From Eledone cirrhosa (Eukaryota), in contig OZ024749.1 of NCBI GenBank assembly GCA_964016885.1, positions 6,386,001-6,450,000 on the forward strand: a stretch of 64,000 nt of DNA, in the 5' to 3' direction. Made by a program: the position numbers and the translations under genes. Under the pieces are notes generated by a model, which saw nothing but the letters and a program-made list of their open reading frames with translations, made no database searches and was not told the origin of the DNA. How positions within the stretch are numbered: the first letter of the stretch is position 1; every line of letters starts with the position of its first letter. Shown here piece by piece: positions 42,168-54,279 of this stretch.

Positions 42168-42358
42168 GGGCGGTGGATTGGCAGTATCGGTAGAGGGTCG
42201 GACGCCATGCTTTCCAGCATAGTTACGTCCCTTGCCATTCTGAGTTCAAATCCCGCCGAGGTTAACTTTGCCTTTCATCCTTACGGAGTCGATAAAATAA
42301 AGTACCAGTAATGCACTGGGTAATTGCTGGCATTGTGCCAAAAGTAGAAACAATTATT
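42168..42358 (+). mobile_element. SINE family B, full length
   Basis: A/B boxes, core and tail; flanking direct repeat ending TTTCATTAC. Confidence 0.9.
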
Positions 42359-42723
42359 ATTTCATTACACATACACACATGCAAACAAATGCTCGCTCAA
42401 TGAGAAAATATAATCATTTCCTCCCACACAAAATTTTACAATGCTAATGAAAATTATGTGACTATAAATGTAAGCATAAGAATATGTATCTCTGCTCATA
42501 AGTAGAGCACAGGGATATAAAAATTATATCAATCTAAAAAATCTCTATATTTCTTTATATCAGAAGGATTAACTTATTCTTTACTACATCAAACAGCTGC
42601 TAGGTTCAGTTACAAATATATATATATATATATATATAACAAATAAATATATATATAACCCATGCGCACACACACACACACACACGCACACATACATACA
42701 TACATACATATATATATAAACAT

Positions 42724-42785
<62 letters not shown>

Positions 42786-43444
42786 ACATATATATATATA
42801 TAAACACTCATACACACATATACATATAAAAACACTTATACACACACACATATATATATATAGATATGTTTTTTTTTATTAAACATATATTTGACTAATA
42901 ACCTCTGGAACTCATGAAGAAGAAAAAATAACTTAAGTAAAACAATGTTTTTCATCGCCTTTATATGGAGTCATTCTTGTACATATGCATAGTACTTACA
43001 CTATGTACACATACACAAACCTATATATTCATACATGCATATACATATATGAATATATGTATATACACACACACACACACATATATATGTGTGTGTGTGT
43101 GCGTATATATATGTATATATATATGTATAGATATATATGTATATATATATATATATACATACACACACACATACATATATATATATATACATATACATAC
43201 ACACACATGCACACACACACACACACATATATGTATAAATATATATATATACATACACACACACACATACACATATATGTATACATATATATATATACAT
43301 ACACACACACACATAGATATATGAACACGCACATATATAATATATATGTAAACATATATATACATATATGTACAGAACATACATACATGCAAACATATCC
43401 ATGGGCATGCATATATGCAAATAGTTACATTAAATCAAGCATAT

Positions 43445-43615
43445 ACAATGGAGAGGCAGCTTAAAATAACAGCCAATGAGAATGCATGACCCGCACTTAA
43501 ATCACGGTGAAATTGATTTAGTTCCATTCCATTTAACAAGCAATATATTAAGATACAAATAAGAGTTATTGCCTGAAGAGCAATGTTATGGTGAAACTAG
43601 TAGTTGCAATATAAC
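43445..43615 (+). mobile_element. Penelope-like 3' remnant with a minimal hammerhead (43565-43615)
   Basis: Degenerate GIY-YIG-like end (ERQLK..RMHDP.LN) followed by TATTGC-CTGAAGA-GCAATGTTATGGT-GAAA-C-TA-G-TA..GCAATA. Confidence 0.5.
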
Positions 43616-44314
43616 AGCAGAATATCCAGGTAATATCATCATTAAACATCAGTTTTTTTTTTGCAGGCTGGTAATATGGCTGTGCAATTAAGAAGTTCTA
43701 TTCACACCAATGGAATTATATTACTAGAGACATGCAGTTAACTATGTCCCTGAATCTGAAAGAGTGTATATGTTGAGGGAACCACACTTTAAAATCATTG
43801 GCTGTTTGTATCAAATAAGAGCTCAAGATACACTCCAGTGGAGTGAGGGTTGCTTTTTTGTCCATTGTGTTGGAAAAGCAAAATGGTTTACCTCAATTTC
43901 TTTGCCATGCAGTTTTCACACAGGCAGTTTGACATAAACAGTTAACATCAATTTTTCTTGCTGAAATTTAGTATATATCAGGTGAGATTTAAGCTGTTAG
44001 TGCCACAATTTCTCCCAATATCATACATGACTTACTAATGTTGTTTTAGTTCTTTTTTTCTTTATTTGGCCTACATATCTGAATATAGAATTATGTATCA
44101 GCTCTTAAATCTGTCCTTACACATTACAATATTTGATTTGAGATGTTGATGATGATGATGATGATGATGATAAGAAGCTGAGACACTAAGGTGATAGATT
44201 AGGAATTCAGTTCAGCATATATTGTCGAGGGAACAACTATTTCCAAAATTGTAATCATCTAACTTGTTATTTAAGTTTTTTTGCAGTAATCCTCATCAGT
44301 TGATAACTACAGAA

Positions 44315-44675
44315 ATAATTGTTTCTACTATTTGCACAAGGCCAGCAATTACCCAGTACATTACTGGTACTTTATTTTATCGACCCCGTAAGGATGAAAG
44401 GCAAAGTTAACCTCGGCGAGATTTGAACACAGAATGTCAAGGGCCGTAACTCTATGTGTCAAAGCATGGTGTCCGACACTCTACCAATAATGAACAGGTT
44501 ACTAGGGAAATAATTATTTCTACTCTTGGCACAAAGCCAGCAATTAACCCAGTGCATTACTGGTACTTTATTTTATCGGCCCTGTAAGGATGAAAGACAA
44601 AGTTAGCCTCAGTGGGATTTGAACACAGATTGTAAAGGGCCGTAACTCTATGCTGCAAAGCATGGCGTCCGACTC
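44315..44675 (-). mobile_element. Two tandem SINE family B copies
   Basis: Two reverse-complement copies in series. Confidence 0.85.
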
Positions 44676-44759
44676 TTTAGATGTCCACTGTAAATGTGAG
44701 AGAAAGGATGAACTGTAGGAGAAATGGTGTTTAAAAGGAATCTGAAGTGGTGTGAAAGA

Positions 44760-45318
44760 GAGACATGTGATGAGCATGGATAATGATGGCTGCTTGAAGA
44801 TGTAGTAAGAAATACCAGTGGTTGGATGCTGCAGGCCAATAATATTTTCTAGGATGTTTACTACCTGTAATGAAGCTCCTTATATTTGCTATGCAGCTAT
44901 AACTTACCTTTACATTTTGCCAGTTAAATATTTTGGAATATTTTTTAGAACTAGGTTCTATTAGGAGGTGGGGGGCATAATAGGATTTAACATGGAGCCT
45001 GGTTGGATCAAGATAACTTTGTGATTAGACTTTTAGGCCTACCAAATATAAACAAAATCTTTGAGTACATGGAAGCTATGAAAAGATTCAACAACAGAAA
45101 CTTCTAGCTCTATTACAGCTTCCCTTGTTTCATCTTTTTACTCTTTTTGTTTTCTTAGGCATCATCTGCCTCCTATCGGCCTTCCATATTTGAAATTTTA
45201 TGTTTATTTTATTTCATTTTTTTTTTTACTACTTGTCTCACTAGCTCTTTTTGATCACCAACTGTAAGGAGTACTAGTCTGTCATGGCTTACTAGTTCTA
45301 TACGGACGTTTAAATTGA

Positions 45319-45378
<60 letters not shown>

Positions 45379-46050
45379 AAAAAATAAATAAATAATAAAG
45401 AACATTTTTTATCATTTTTCTTACCTAAATGTGGTTCCGGATTGGAGACTAATTTATTTATATATTAAAGTCCTTCATACTCCAGCACTTTATTATCATA
45501 TTGTAGTTTGCAGTTCCTCATTAAACATCTAATTATGATTTTGTTCTTGAATTATGAAATAATATGGCTTATATACAATGATAATAATAATAATATTTGA
45601 TTCATTTGCGAGCAAACTGCCTCACTTATGCCACGCTTTGTTTTTGATGGCTATCATCATCCATTTCTTCAACAGTAACATCGAGGAATGGATAAAATGT
45701 TTCTGGCACGTTTCCCTTCATTAGGACTGTAAACCTCTCTGCTATCCGATTGAACGGTTGAAAATATATAGTTGTTTCTACTTTTGGCACAAGGCTAGCA
45801 ATTACCCAGTGCATTACTGGTACAATGATGAAAGGCAAAGGTAACTGTAGCTGGATTTGAACTCAGAATGGAAAGGGCCATAACTCTATGCATCAAAGCA
45901 TGGTGTCCGACCCTCTACCGATACTGCCAACCCACCGCCTGAAAATATATAGTATTCTCTAGACATCGGTTCATTAGCCATCACTTGCATACAGAGAGAT
46001 TTTATGGCAAGCCTTGCTGAAAAGTAAAAACCAAATTAGAATCTGAATTT
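44760..46050 (-). pseudogene. Heavily decayed piggyBac-like (PGBD) transposase remnant
   Basis: Motifs in the expected order across frameshifts: MSRE, FYP..VTVEEM (cf. YxP..VTVDE), VRQF, EYEG, DRRQMMPKK..MKQG, NILENIIG..HWY. Confidence 0.45.
45771..45939 (-). mobile_element. SINE family B with a 14-bp target-site duplication
   Basis: TGAAAATATATAGT at 45759 and 45940. Confidence 0.88.
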
Positions 46051-46065
46051 TCACTCTAATCTATA

Positions 46066-46330
46066 CATCATCATCATCATCATCATCATCGTTTAACGTC
46101 TATCTTCCACGCTAGCATGGGTTTAGACAGGAACTTTCCCACTTGAGGCAAGATTGGTCGTCTCGCTGGTATAGGACTGTCTGGCAGGTTTTCTACGGCT
46201 GGATGCCCTTCCTAACACCAACCACGTCTACAGTGTGGACTGGGAGGTTTTTACCGTGTTACCTACACGACCACATTACAGTGTGGACGGTGTGTTCTTT
46301 TGTCGTGACACCTACACGACCATTTAGGAC
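46066..46330 (-). mobile_element. RTE-type 3' UTR fragment
   Basis: Same tail family as 19455 and 41473. Confidence 0.78.
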
Positions 46331-46867
46331 TGGATATTGTGGTACCAACATAACTTTACAGAGAAAGGGGTGGTGTTGATAGGGGTGGGGGTAGGGGAGT
46401 TGGGGTAGTGGGATTGGGGTGTATATTTGATTAAGAGGTGCCTACTGACTGAACATTTATGTATCTGCGGTAAATTAGTCGTTAGAACATCAGATTGAAT
46501 GCTGTATCGTATTCATTCCGGCTCTCTGCTCTTAGCATTCAAATCCTGCCGAGGTCAACTTGCATTTCATCTTTTTGAGTTCGATAAAAAAAAAGTACCA
46601 GTATTGTACTGGGGGTCGATTCTTCCTCTATATCTCTTTCCCATTTCATCATCTCTCTCACTTTTTATCTTTCTCTGGAAGAAATCTGCTGTACTCAGGT
46701 CTGGAGAGGAATGGGTTCCGTCAGGTTTAAAATGACCAAGAAACGCTGTATGTCAATACAGCGTCCCTACATCTCGCCCAGCAGTTACGGGACCATACAT
46801 ACATGTGCTATGCTAGAGCGACAATTCAAATGCTAATTTTATAAAATAATAGCAAATCTATAAATAC

Positions 46868-47005
46868 CTGATTATCTCTAATAGTCTTCTTCAACAACTT
46901 GTCTGAAACTTCATTGTATAATGTTATCTCATCAATCTTCTTGGTTAGCTCACTCGTTTCAGTAGTGTTCTTTGCTATATCTGATTCAATTTTAAATGTA
47001 TCATC
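46868..47005 (-). CDS. CCDC39: Internal coding exon (138 bp, phase 0-0) of a CCDC39-like axonemal coiled-coil protein gene
   Basis: Acceptor tgtgtttcag|GAT and donor CAG|gtattt; encodes DDTFKIESDIAKNTTETSELTKKIDEITLYNEVSDKLLKKTIRDNQ, which aligns without gaps to a 46-aa human CCDC39 segment recalled from memory (..SKNSDEKQSLMTKINELNLF..SEKELDK..Q); needs BLAST confirmation. Confidence 0.72.
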
Positions 47006-47125
47006 CTGAAACACACATAAATATATAGAAACATTAAATACATAGAAACAAATATATCAAATACATAATAACAAATGCTAAATGTATAACAAATATTCAT
47101 TACATAGAAACAATTATTATATAAA

Positions 47126-47360
47126 ACTAGCAAAAGAGCTCAACTTTCGCCACTGTAAATAAAGACCCCCCTCACTTCTCAACACAGCCGTCTTTGAATA
47201 ACTTGAATAACACCAGAACTCTGCTATTTTAGGGGAGAAGAAGATTTAAACTATATGTTGACCTACTCTGGGAGCTAATTAACCTGTATATCAAATTTGA
47301 ACAAAATCGGGTGGAACTGTGAAAATGCATCACCTACATACATACAGACAAACATTTTCG

Positions 47361-47365
<5 letters not shown>
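47126..47365 (+). mobile_element. Short HINE/DINE-like element
   Basis: ACTAGCA start; AAATTTGAACAAAATCGG..CATACAGACAAACATTTT end. Confidence 0.5.
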
Positions 47366-47392
<27 letters not shown>

Positions 47393-47610
47393 CAAAGATT
47401 AATATGGTTTGTTGATTAATGAACGAATACAATTTTACAATAGATTAGAAGCACGCTCCTTCTATATTTCTACCTTGCTCTACTTCCTTTTCTTCTCTAA
47501 GTTTATCATATTATTTGTGGTATAAACACGTTGAGATTTGGTGAAATAAATCACTGCCAATACTGGAATTGAATAATCAAAACCGTAGCAGTATGTCACA
47601 TATCAAATCT

Positions 47611-47677
47611 TATATTTTGTGTGATGAAAACGTACTTAAACACCAGTGTACCTTTGAAATATGTATAATAAAATATA
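47611..47677 (+). ncRNA. Hammerhead copy with a mutated core (GTGATGA)
   Basis: Same family as 41107; C3G change. Confidence 0.55.
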
Positions 47678-47725
47678 TATTTTGATTATGAGAATGTTTT
47701 TCATTTATTAACATTTTGAATAATA

Positions 47726-47834
<109 letters not shown>

Positions 47835-48129
47835 CGAGAGAGAGAGAGAGTGAGAGAGAGAGAGTGTGAGAGAGAGAGTGAGAGAGAGAGAGAAAGAGAG
47901 AGAGAGAAAGAGAGAGAGAGAGAAAGAGAGAGAGAGAGGAGAGATAACTGTGTTTATTCAGCTTAGAATAGGCACACATTATTCTTATGTGTTTCAGAAG
48001 CAACTAAAAGCGTGAGTTTGAGAAAAGCTACCTGGCTGTCAAAGATTGCCTCAAAATGTCCCGTCCAACCCATGCCAGTATAGAAAACATTGATGTGATG
48101 ATGATGATAGCAATAAATGTTAAATATAT

Positions 48130-48352
48130 AATGATTTCTGATGTAGGCACAAAGCCAACAATTTTGGGGTAGAGGGGGGAAAGTCGATTAAATTGCCCCC
48201 AGTACATTACTGGTACTTTATTTTATCAACCCCGTAAGCATGAAAGGCAAAGCTAACCTTGGAGGGATTTGAACTAAGAATGTAAAGGGCAGTAACTCTA
48301 TGCTGCAAAGCATGTTGTCCGACGCTCTACTGATTCTGCTAATCCACCACCC
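48130..48352 (-). mobile_element. SINE family B
   Basis: Reverse-complement copy. Confidence 0.82.
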
Positions 48353-48399
48353 TCATGTTTAATATATAATAAAAACATATTAAATATATCTTCTTCTTT

Positions 48400-48635
48400 G
48401 CCCACTTATTCCTGAGAGGGTATGGAGGCAGAGTGCTCAAACACTCCCAGCAGCGGGTCCTGTCAGAAGCAACCATCTCCAACAGATTCAGCTGGATCCC
48501 GAAGCATGATGGGCCAATCTCATGGAGGTTGTCCAACCATCTTGCTTGGAGTCTACCCCTGGGTCTCCTGCTGACTGGTTTTGCCTGTAAAATCTGTCAA
48601 GCAATTCTTTCCTGAGACATTTTAACCACATCTAA
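48400..48635 (-). mobile_element. RTE (Expander/Rex3-like) 3' fragment
   Basis: AKPVSRRPRGRLQARWLD..DRTRCWECLSTLPP. Confidence 0.65.
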
Positions 48636-49070
48636 ACTATAATAAAGTAAAGAGCTCGGGACTGCGTACGGTTTATAATTTGTTATCCCATTAGTAAAAT
48701 AAGTTGGATTACTTTGAATAAATAATGAATGAATATTACATAATTTATCTACTAAATTTTGTGGCTGTTGATTAAATATATTTTATTTATTTAAACATTC
48801 ACTTCTTTAAAATTTCTGAAATGTCAAAACTTCCGGTTGGCCATCGCTTAAATAAACATACTAATTTTCTGTCACTAATTTTCTCCTAATGCAGTTTATA
48901 TATAATATTGTCTTTTTTAATGTATCATGGATTACGTTACTGATTAAATAAGACTGTGTAACGCAGTTTTCGTTCAATTTCTATGTATTATATATTGTCA
49001 ATTACGATTTTATTTGATGTATCATATCTACATGTATATATACCTGCATATAATATCAATATACACAGTA

Positions 49071-49118
49071 GACATGCTAGCAGAAAACCACCCGAAGGGT
49101 GGTTTTTCTGCTAGTGTC
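49071..49118. repeat. Short near-perfect hairpin
   Basis: CTAGCAGAAAACCACCC-GAA-GGGTGGTTTTTCTGCTAG. Confidence 0.85.
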
Positions 49119-49353
49119 CATAATAATGCTGTGATCTCTCAATTTGGAGAAATAGTGGCTCTACCTGGAATATTGCTCTGATTTCCGAGCTACGCTCTCT
49201 GTCGAGTAAAATTACTCCAAAGACCTTTCTATCAAATATACATCACCTAATATTAAACTGCAATGAACAAACATTCGATATATAACAAACAAACTTTGTC
49301 TGAAATTCTGAATTTCTGAAATTATCATAATTATACCACATATATTGACAACC

Positions 49354-49569
49354 TTAACCCTTTAGAATTTACATTACTCTATATTTAATGTTGAAATTTT
49401 ACGGTAAACACTTTGTCTCACCTGATATTAATTCTACGAGGTCTTGATATTATTTATTTTGAGAACAATACCTTAAAGTCAGTATGAGGAGCCAGTTATG
49501 ACCAGTTTGTACAGAAAGAGGTGAAAGAATTCTGGCCAGATACGGCCGGTTTAATTGCTAAAGGGTTAA
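49354..49569 (+). mobile_element. piggyBac-type MITE
   Basis: TTAA-CCCTTTAG...CTAAAGGG-TTAA. Confidence 0.85.
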
Positions 49570-49979
49570 GCAGGATACTAGTCTGGAATTTATCCAGGAA
49601 CTGAAGATAGCAATAGCTGACAGAAAAGTGTGGGAAAAGAACTTAGCTGCCTTAGAATGAACAGGAGTCTAGCCTAACTGGTTTCATTTATTTTATGTGT
49701 TTTACCATTTAAATCAGGAAGACTAGCAGTATCTATGATATTTTTTGGCAAAAACTCCAAGGTCAGAGGGAGAAGAGAGGGAAGAATTTATCCTCGAAGC
49801 AGAGGCATGGCCTGAAAGATATTAAAAGAATGAACTCCACTAAAGACACCCAAGAACCAAGTGGTGGTGTTAAACCAGTTGAGGGACTAAATCTACCACA
49901 CAAGAACTCAGAACACTAATACCAAAAGGCATCTCATTTGATGTTCTAACATGTCTGTCAGTACTCCAATATACCAATA

Positions 49980-50210
49980 TTAACCCTCTAGCATTTAAAC
50001 CAGCCGTAACCAGTCAGAACTACCTCACCTCTTTCTCTACAAACTGGCTGTAACCTACGACCTCATACCTACATTAAAATATTATTCTCAAAATAAATAA
50101 GATCAAAATCTCATAGATTTGATATTATTTGAGATAATTATGTAAGATAAAGCTTTTACCAAAAAAAACACATCAGTAAATATATAGTAATGGAAATTGT
50201 AAAGAGTTAA
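49980..50210 (-). mobile_element. piggyBac-type MITE, opposite orientation
   Basis: TTAA-CCCTCTAGCATTTA...TAAAGAG-TTAA. Confidence 0.8.
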
Positions 50211-50468
50211 ACTATGGTTAACTTTGAATAATGATTAAATTTTCAGACGCACCAGAAATACTTGAATCAAGAAAGTCATTTAAAAATATTTATGGCTAAA
50301 CTATTGCAGTATGTTAAGAGTTAAACTATAGTTAACATTATAGAATGGCTAAATTATCAATCGTTTAGATATTGTTGTTTTAAATTACATGTCACATCTT
50401 ATAATGAGTTCTTATGAAATTGCTGCTTATGTGTGTTGGTATGAGTGTGTGTGTGTATATATGTGTGA

Positions 50469-50497
<29 letters not shown>

Positions 50498-50506
<9 letters not shown>

Positions 50507-50550
50507 GTGTGATGTTAGTATATATATATAATACAATGTAGTTTGCTTGA

Positions 50551-50590
<40 letters not shown>

Positions 50591-50634
50591 GTGTGATGTT
50601 AGTATATATATATAATACAATGTAGTTTGCTTGA

Positions 50635-50676
<42 letters not shown>

Positions 50677-50720
50677 GTGTGATGTTAGTATATATATATA
50701 ATACAATGTAGTTTGCTTGA

Positions 50721-50760
<40 letters not shown>

Positions 50761-50804
50761 GTGTGATGTTAGTATATATATATAATACAATGTAGTTTGC
50801 TTGA

Positions 50805-50835
<31 letters not shown>

Positions 50836-50895
50836 CATATGTGTGATGTTAGTATATATATATAATACAATGTAGTTTGCTTGAAGCATTGTATA
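50498..50895. repeat. ~85-bp minisatellite with embedded (TA)n, 5 copies, followed by a (TA)n tract to ~51310
   Basis: Repeated CATATGTGTGATGTTAG..ATACAATGTAGTTTGCTTGAAGCATTG. Confidence 0.88.
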
Positions 50896-50985
50896 TATAT
50901 ATATATATATATAATATATATATATATATATAATATATATATATATATAATATATATATATATATAATATATATATATAATATAT

Positions 50986-51054
<69 letters not shown>

Positions 51055-51055
51055 T

Positions 51056-51088
<33 letters not shown>

Positions 51089-51094
51089 ATATAT

Positions 51095-51126
<32 letters not shown>

Positions 51127-51132
51127 ATATAT

Positions 51133-51164
<32 letters not shown>

Positions 51165-51172
51165 ATATATAT

Positions 51173-51245
<73 letters not shown>

Positions 51246-51253
51246 ATATATAT

Positions 51254-51295
<42 letters not shown>

Positions 51296-51310
51296 CTATA
51301 TATATATATA

Positions 51311-51702
51311 GTTTTGCGAGGTTTTTGATATGAAATCGTGTGTTGAAACAAATATTGTTATACTTGGGGAGGGTCATATTTGTGTAATATTGCCAGAATT
51401 AATAACAGAAAGATGGCGTAGAAAATACAATGCAATGGGAGGAAACAATAGCACCACTGACGATGTTGCAGATGTGCAACGAAATTTTTTGATAAACTAT
51501 ATATATGTGTTTGTGTCTATATTGTATCTGTATTATTTTTGACCGTTGGTCAGTCAATGGCAACATTGAGAACCGAATAAATTAGATTACCGATATAAAA
51601 GACACAGAAGCGAAAAGCGAAAACCAACCAAACAGTGAGTGTGTTCTGTTATTAATTCTGGCAATATTACACAAATACGACCCTCCCCAAGTATAACAAT
51701 AT
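51311..51702 (+). mobile_element. Penelope-like element with an inverted repeat and a partial hammerhead; family of 57085-57610
   Basis: Arms ~51353-51410 and ~51644-51702; CTGACGA-T-GTTGCA-GATG-TGCAAC-GAAA at 51457-51484. Confidence 0.7.
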
Positions 51703-51719
51703 ATATATATATATATATA

Positions 51720-52373
51720 TAATATTGAAACAGATAGAAGTCTAAACAATGCAAAATGGACTGTAAGATAAGGGTAAGTTATATGGTAATCTTTGTTTTG
51801 TTGTTGTTTTATCTGTCCAATATTGACAAATGTAGAAACATCAAGCAACATAATACCGTTACTATTAAAGCCAGTGATAGAAATATGGGTAACTTAAGAA
51901 TTAAGGAAGCCTTGCTCATACGTACACTCAACCCACAAATAAATAATAGATTAGAACTCAGCACACAGTACTTGACATAAGAAGACACACCCACAGGCAC
52001 ACAAACTAAACATCTTATACAAAAAGAAAATTGATTTCACGAAATACTATATTGGCAATTGACGTCATTCACGTGGAATGTGAAGTAATCATCGAAAACA
52101 AATTTGCAAACGTCTTAGAAAAAATTTAAATTAAAATCAAAATTTAATCCTGAAGAGAGGAAATTGGGACATTATCCACTGAAAGTTCCTTAAACACTGA
52201 TGAAGGGACTTTTAGGTCCCGAAATATTGAACAGATAAAAGAACAAAAAAAAAACAAATAAAAAAAAAAACAAACAAACAAATAAAGATTACCAGGTAAC
52301 TTGATTTTACTTTTCGTTACCTTACCTTACAGTCCACTTTGCATTGTTTAGCCTTCTATCTCTTTCAACATTA
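51720..52373 (+). mobile_element. Penelope-like 3' fragment: GIY-YIG C-terminus, partial hammerhead, inverted terminal copy
   Basis: TIKASDRNMGNLRIKEALLIRTLNPQINN; CTGATGA-A-GGGAC-TTTTAG-GTCCC-GAAA at 52198-52224; 51724-51824 is an inverted copy of 52223-52372. Confidence 0.75.
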
Positions 52374-52505
52374 TATATATATATATATATGCATAATTAA
52401 TACTTTGTAGATAGCAGCTGTTTTCAGGTCATATAACTGTTATTGAAACACGTGTCAATAAATTCCTTTTACTGAACTGTATCCATTTAAATCCTTCTAT
52501 ATATA

Positions 52506-52536
<31 letters not shown>

Positions 52537-52848
52537 AATGTGGAGAGGAAGCACACGAGTTAGGATATATATGAAAACAGGGAGAAAGAGACGATTATGA
52601 AGAAGAAAAAAATTTTTGTTTTCCTTTTTTGTTTATCTCTCTCTTTTCTGGGTTAGAAAATGATTAAGACGAAATGTTTTACTTTGTGTGAAGTGTTAAG
52701 GTATTAGTTGATTTATTTATTATTTAACAATGGCATTTATTTATCTATTTATATATTTAATTATCACTTCTTAAACCTTGTTTGTATATAACATTATTCT
52801 TTCTGCACCTTCTGTTTAACATGTGCGACACCACACTAATACATTTCA

Positions 52849-52890
52849 CTATCATTTGATAATGCATAAAAATGCTGAAACCGGTAATAG
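52849..52890 (+). ncRNA. Minimal hammerhead, U3-A8 variant, inside a 39-bp inverted repeat (52726-52764 / 52894-52932)
   Basis: TTGATAA-TGCAT-AAAA-ATGCT-GAAA-C-CG-G-TA; weak stem I. Confidence 0.5.
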
Positions 52891-52966
52891 ACAATAATTA
52901 AATATATAAATAGATAAATAAATGCCATTGTTTCTCTCTGTTTTCACATATATATATATGTATATA

Positions 52967-53905
52967 TCACCGAGTTTATATTCATAGAGATCTGGGACTT
53001 GTCTATTTCTTCTCACTTTCCGTTGCTTAAACCATTTTGTTTGTTACCCTAACGTCCCCTTTATTTACGTGTCCCAACGACTTTTTTTAGCCGTTGTTCG
53101 CACCAAACTGAGGCATATGGCCCTTCAAGCGATGAAATGCCTGGGACGGTTGGAGGGTCACTGATGAAGGACTTACTTTTTCATATGCACCACCATTTGC
53201 AACGCGCAGCCATCATTATTATCATATTTACACATAATTTTTCTTCTGCTGCCAACCGTCTGTTTCGTTCTTTGTACCTTTACCCTTTCTCGTTATTTGT
53301 ACCTTTTACCCTTTCTAGCAGTCTCTCTCTCTGTTAGCCTCCTCCTCAACTTTCACTCACTCATTCTCTGTCACTACCTCCCCTCCTCCTCTTTCCTCCT
53401 CCTCCTTCAAGTTTGACCTGTGTGTAATTCTTTTCTCGCGCGTTCCTGGTCAAGCTGGTATAGAATTTTTTTCTCTCTTTCGTCTGTGACTTCACAAAAC
53501 TTATGTTTACCGAATTCGTAGACCAGACCCCTTCTTCTTCTTCTTCTTCTTCCTTTTCTCCCCCCCCCCGTCAGACCTGTGCGAAATTCCTTCCTTGCTC
53601 ACATTTCAACCAGGTTTGATGGTCTTTTTCTCTTGTTCACGATTTCACCGAGTTTATATTCATAGAGATCTGGGACTTGTCTATTTCTTCTCACTTTCCG
53701 TTGCTTAAACCATTTTGTTTGTTACCCTAACGTCCCCTTTATTTACGTGTCCCAACGACTTTTTTTAGCCGTTGTTCGCACCAACCTGAGGCATATGGCC
53801 CTTAAAGCGATGAAATGCCTGGGACGGTTGGAGGGTCACTGATGAAGGACTTACTTTTTCATATGCACCACCATTTTCAACGTGCAGCCATCATTATTAT
53901 CATAT
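52967..53905 (+). mobile_element. Element with 261-bp direct terminal repeats (period 678), pLTR/retrozyme-like
   Basis: 52967-53227 repeated at 53645-53905; each contains CTGATGAAGG; (TA)n on both flanks. Confidence 0.7.
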
Positions 53906-53924
53906 ATATATATATATATATATA

Positions 53925-54260
53925 TCATCATCATCATTTTACGTCCACTTTTCCCTGCTTGCAAGGGTGGCACGGGAACTGATTCTGGCCTGATTTCTAC
54001 AGCTGGATGCCCTTCCTAACACCAACCTCATTTACAGTGAGTGCTGGGTGCTTTTTTGCCGTGGCACCTCCACGACCACTTTGCAGTGGAATGATAGGGA
54101 CCCCAGTCCCTATCATCTCATTTCTACAGCTGAGTAAACTGGAGCAATGTGAAATAAAGTGTCTTGCTCAAGGAAACAACACATCACCCGGACTGAGAAT
54201 TGAACTCACAACCTTTCGATTGCAAGGCCAATGTTCTAACCACTAAGCCATGTGCCTCCA
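53925..54260 (-). mobile_element. SINE family A
   Basis: Full-length copy. Confidence 0.9.
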
Positions 54261-54279
54261 TATATATATATATATACAT

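Noticed and set aside
44230-44305. Minus-strand CTGATGA..GAAA
   Set aside because: No convincing stem II/III or cleavage triplet
49163-49258. Possible minus-strand exon (ttgcag..CAG|gtagag)
   Set aside because: Translation shows no similarity to the expected upstream CCDC39 exon; unsupported
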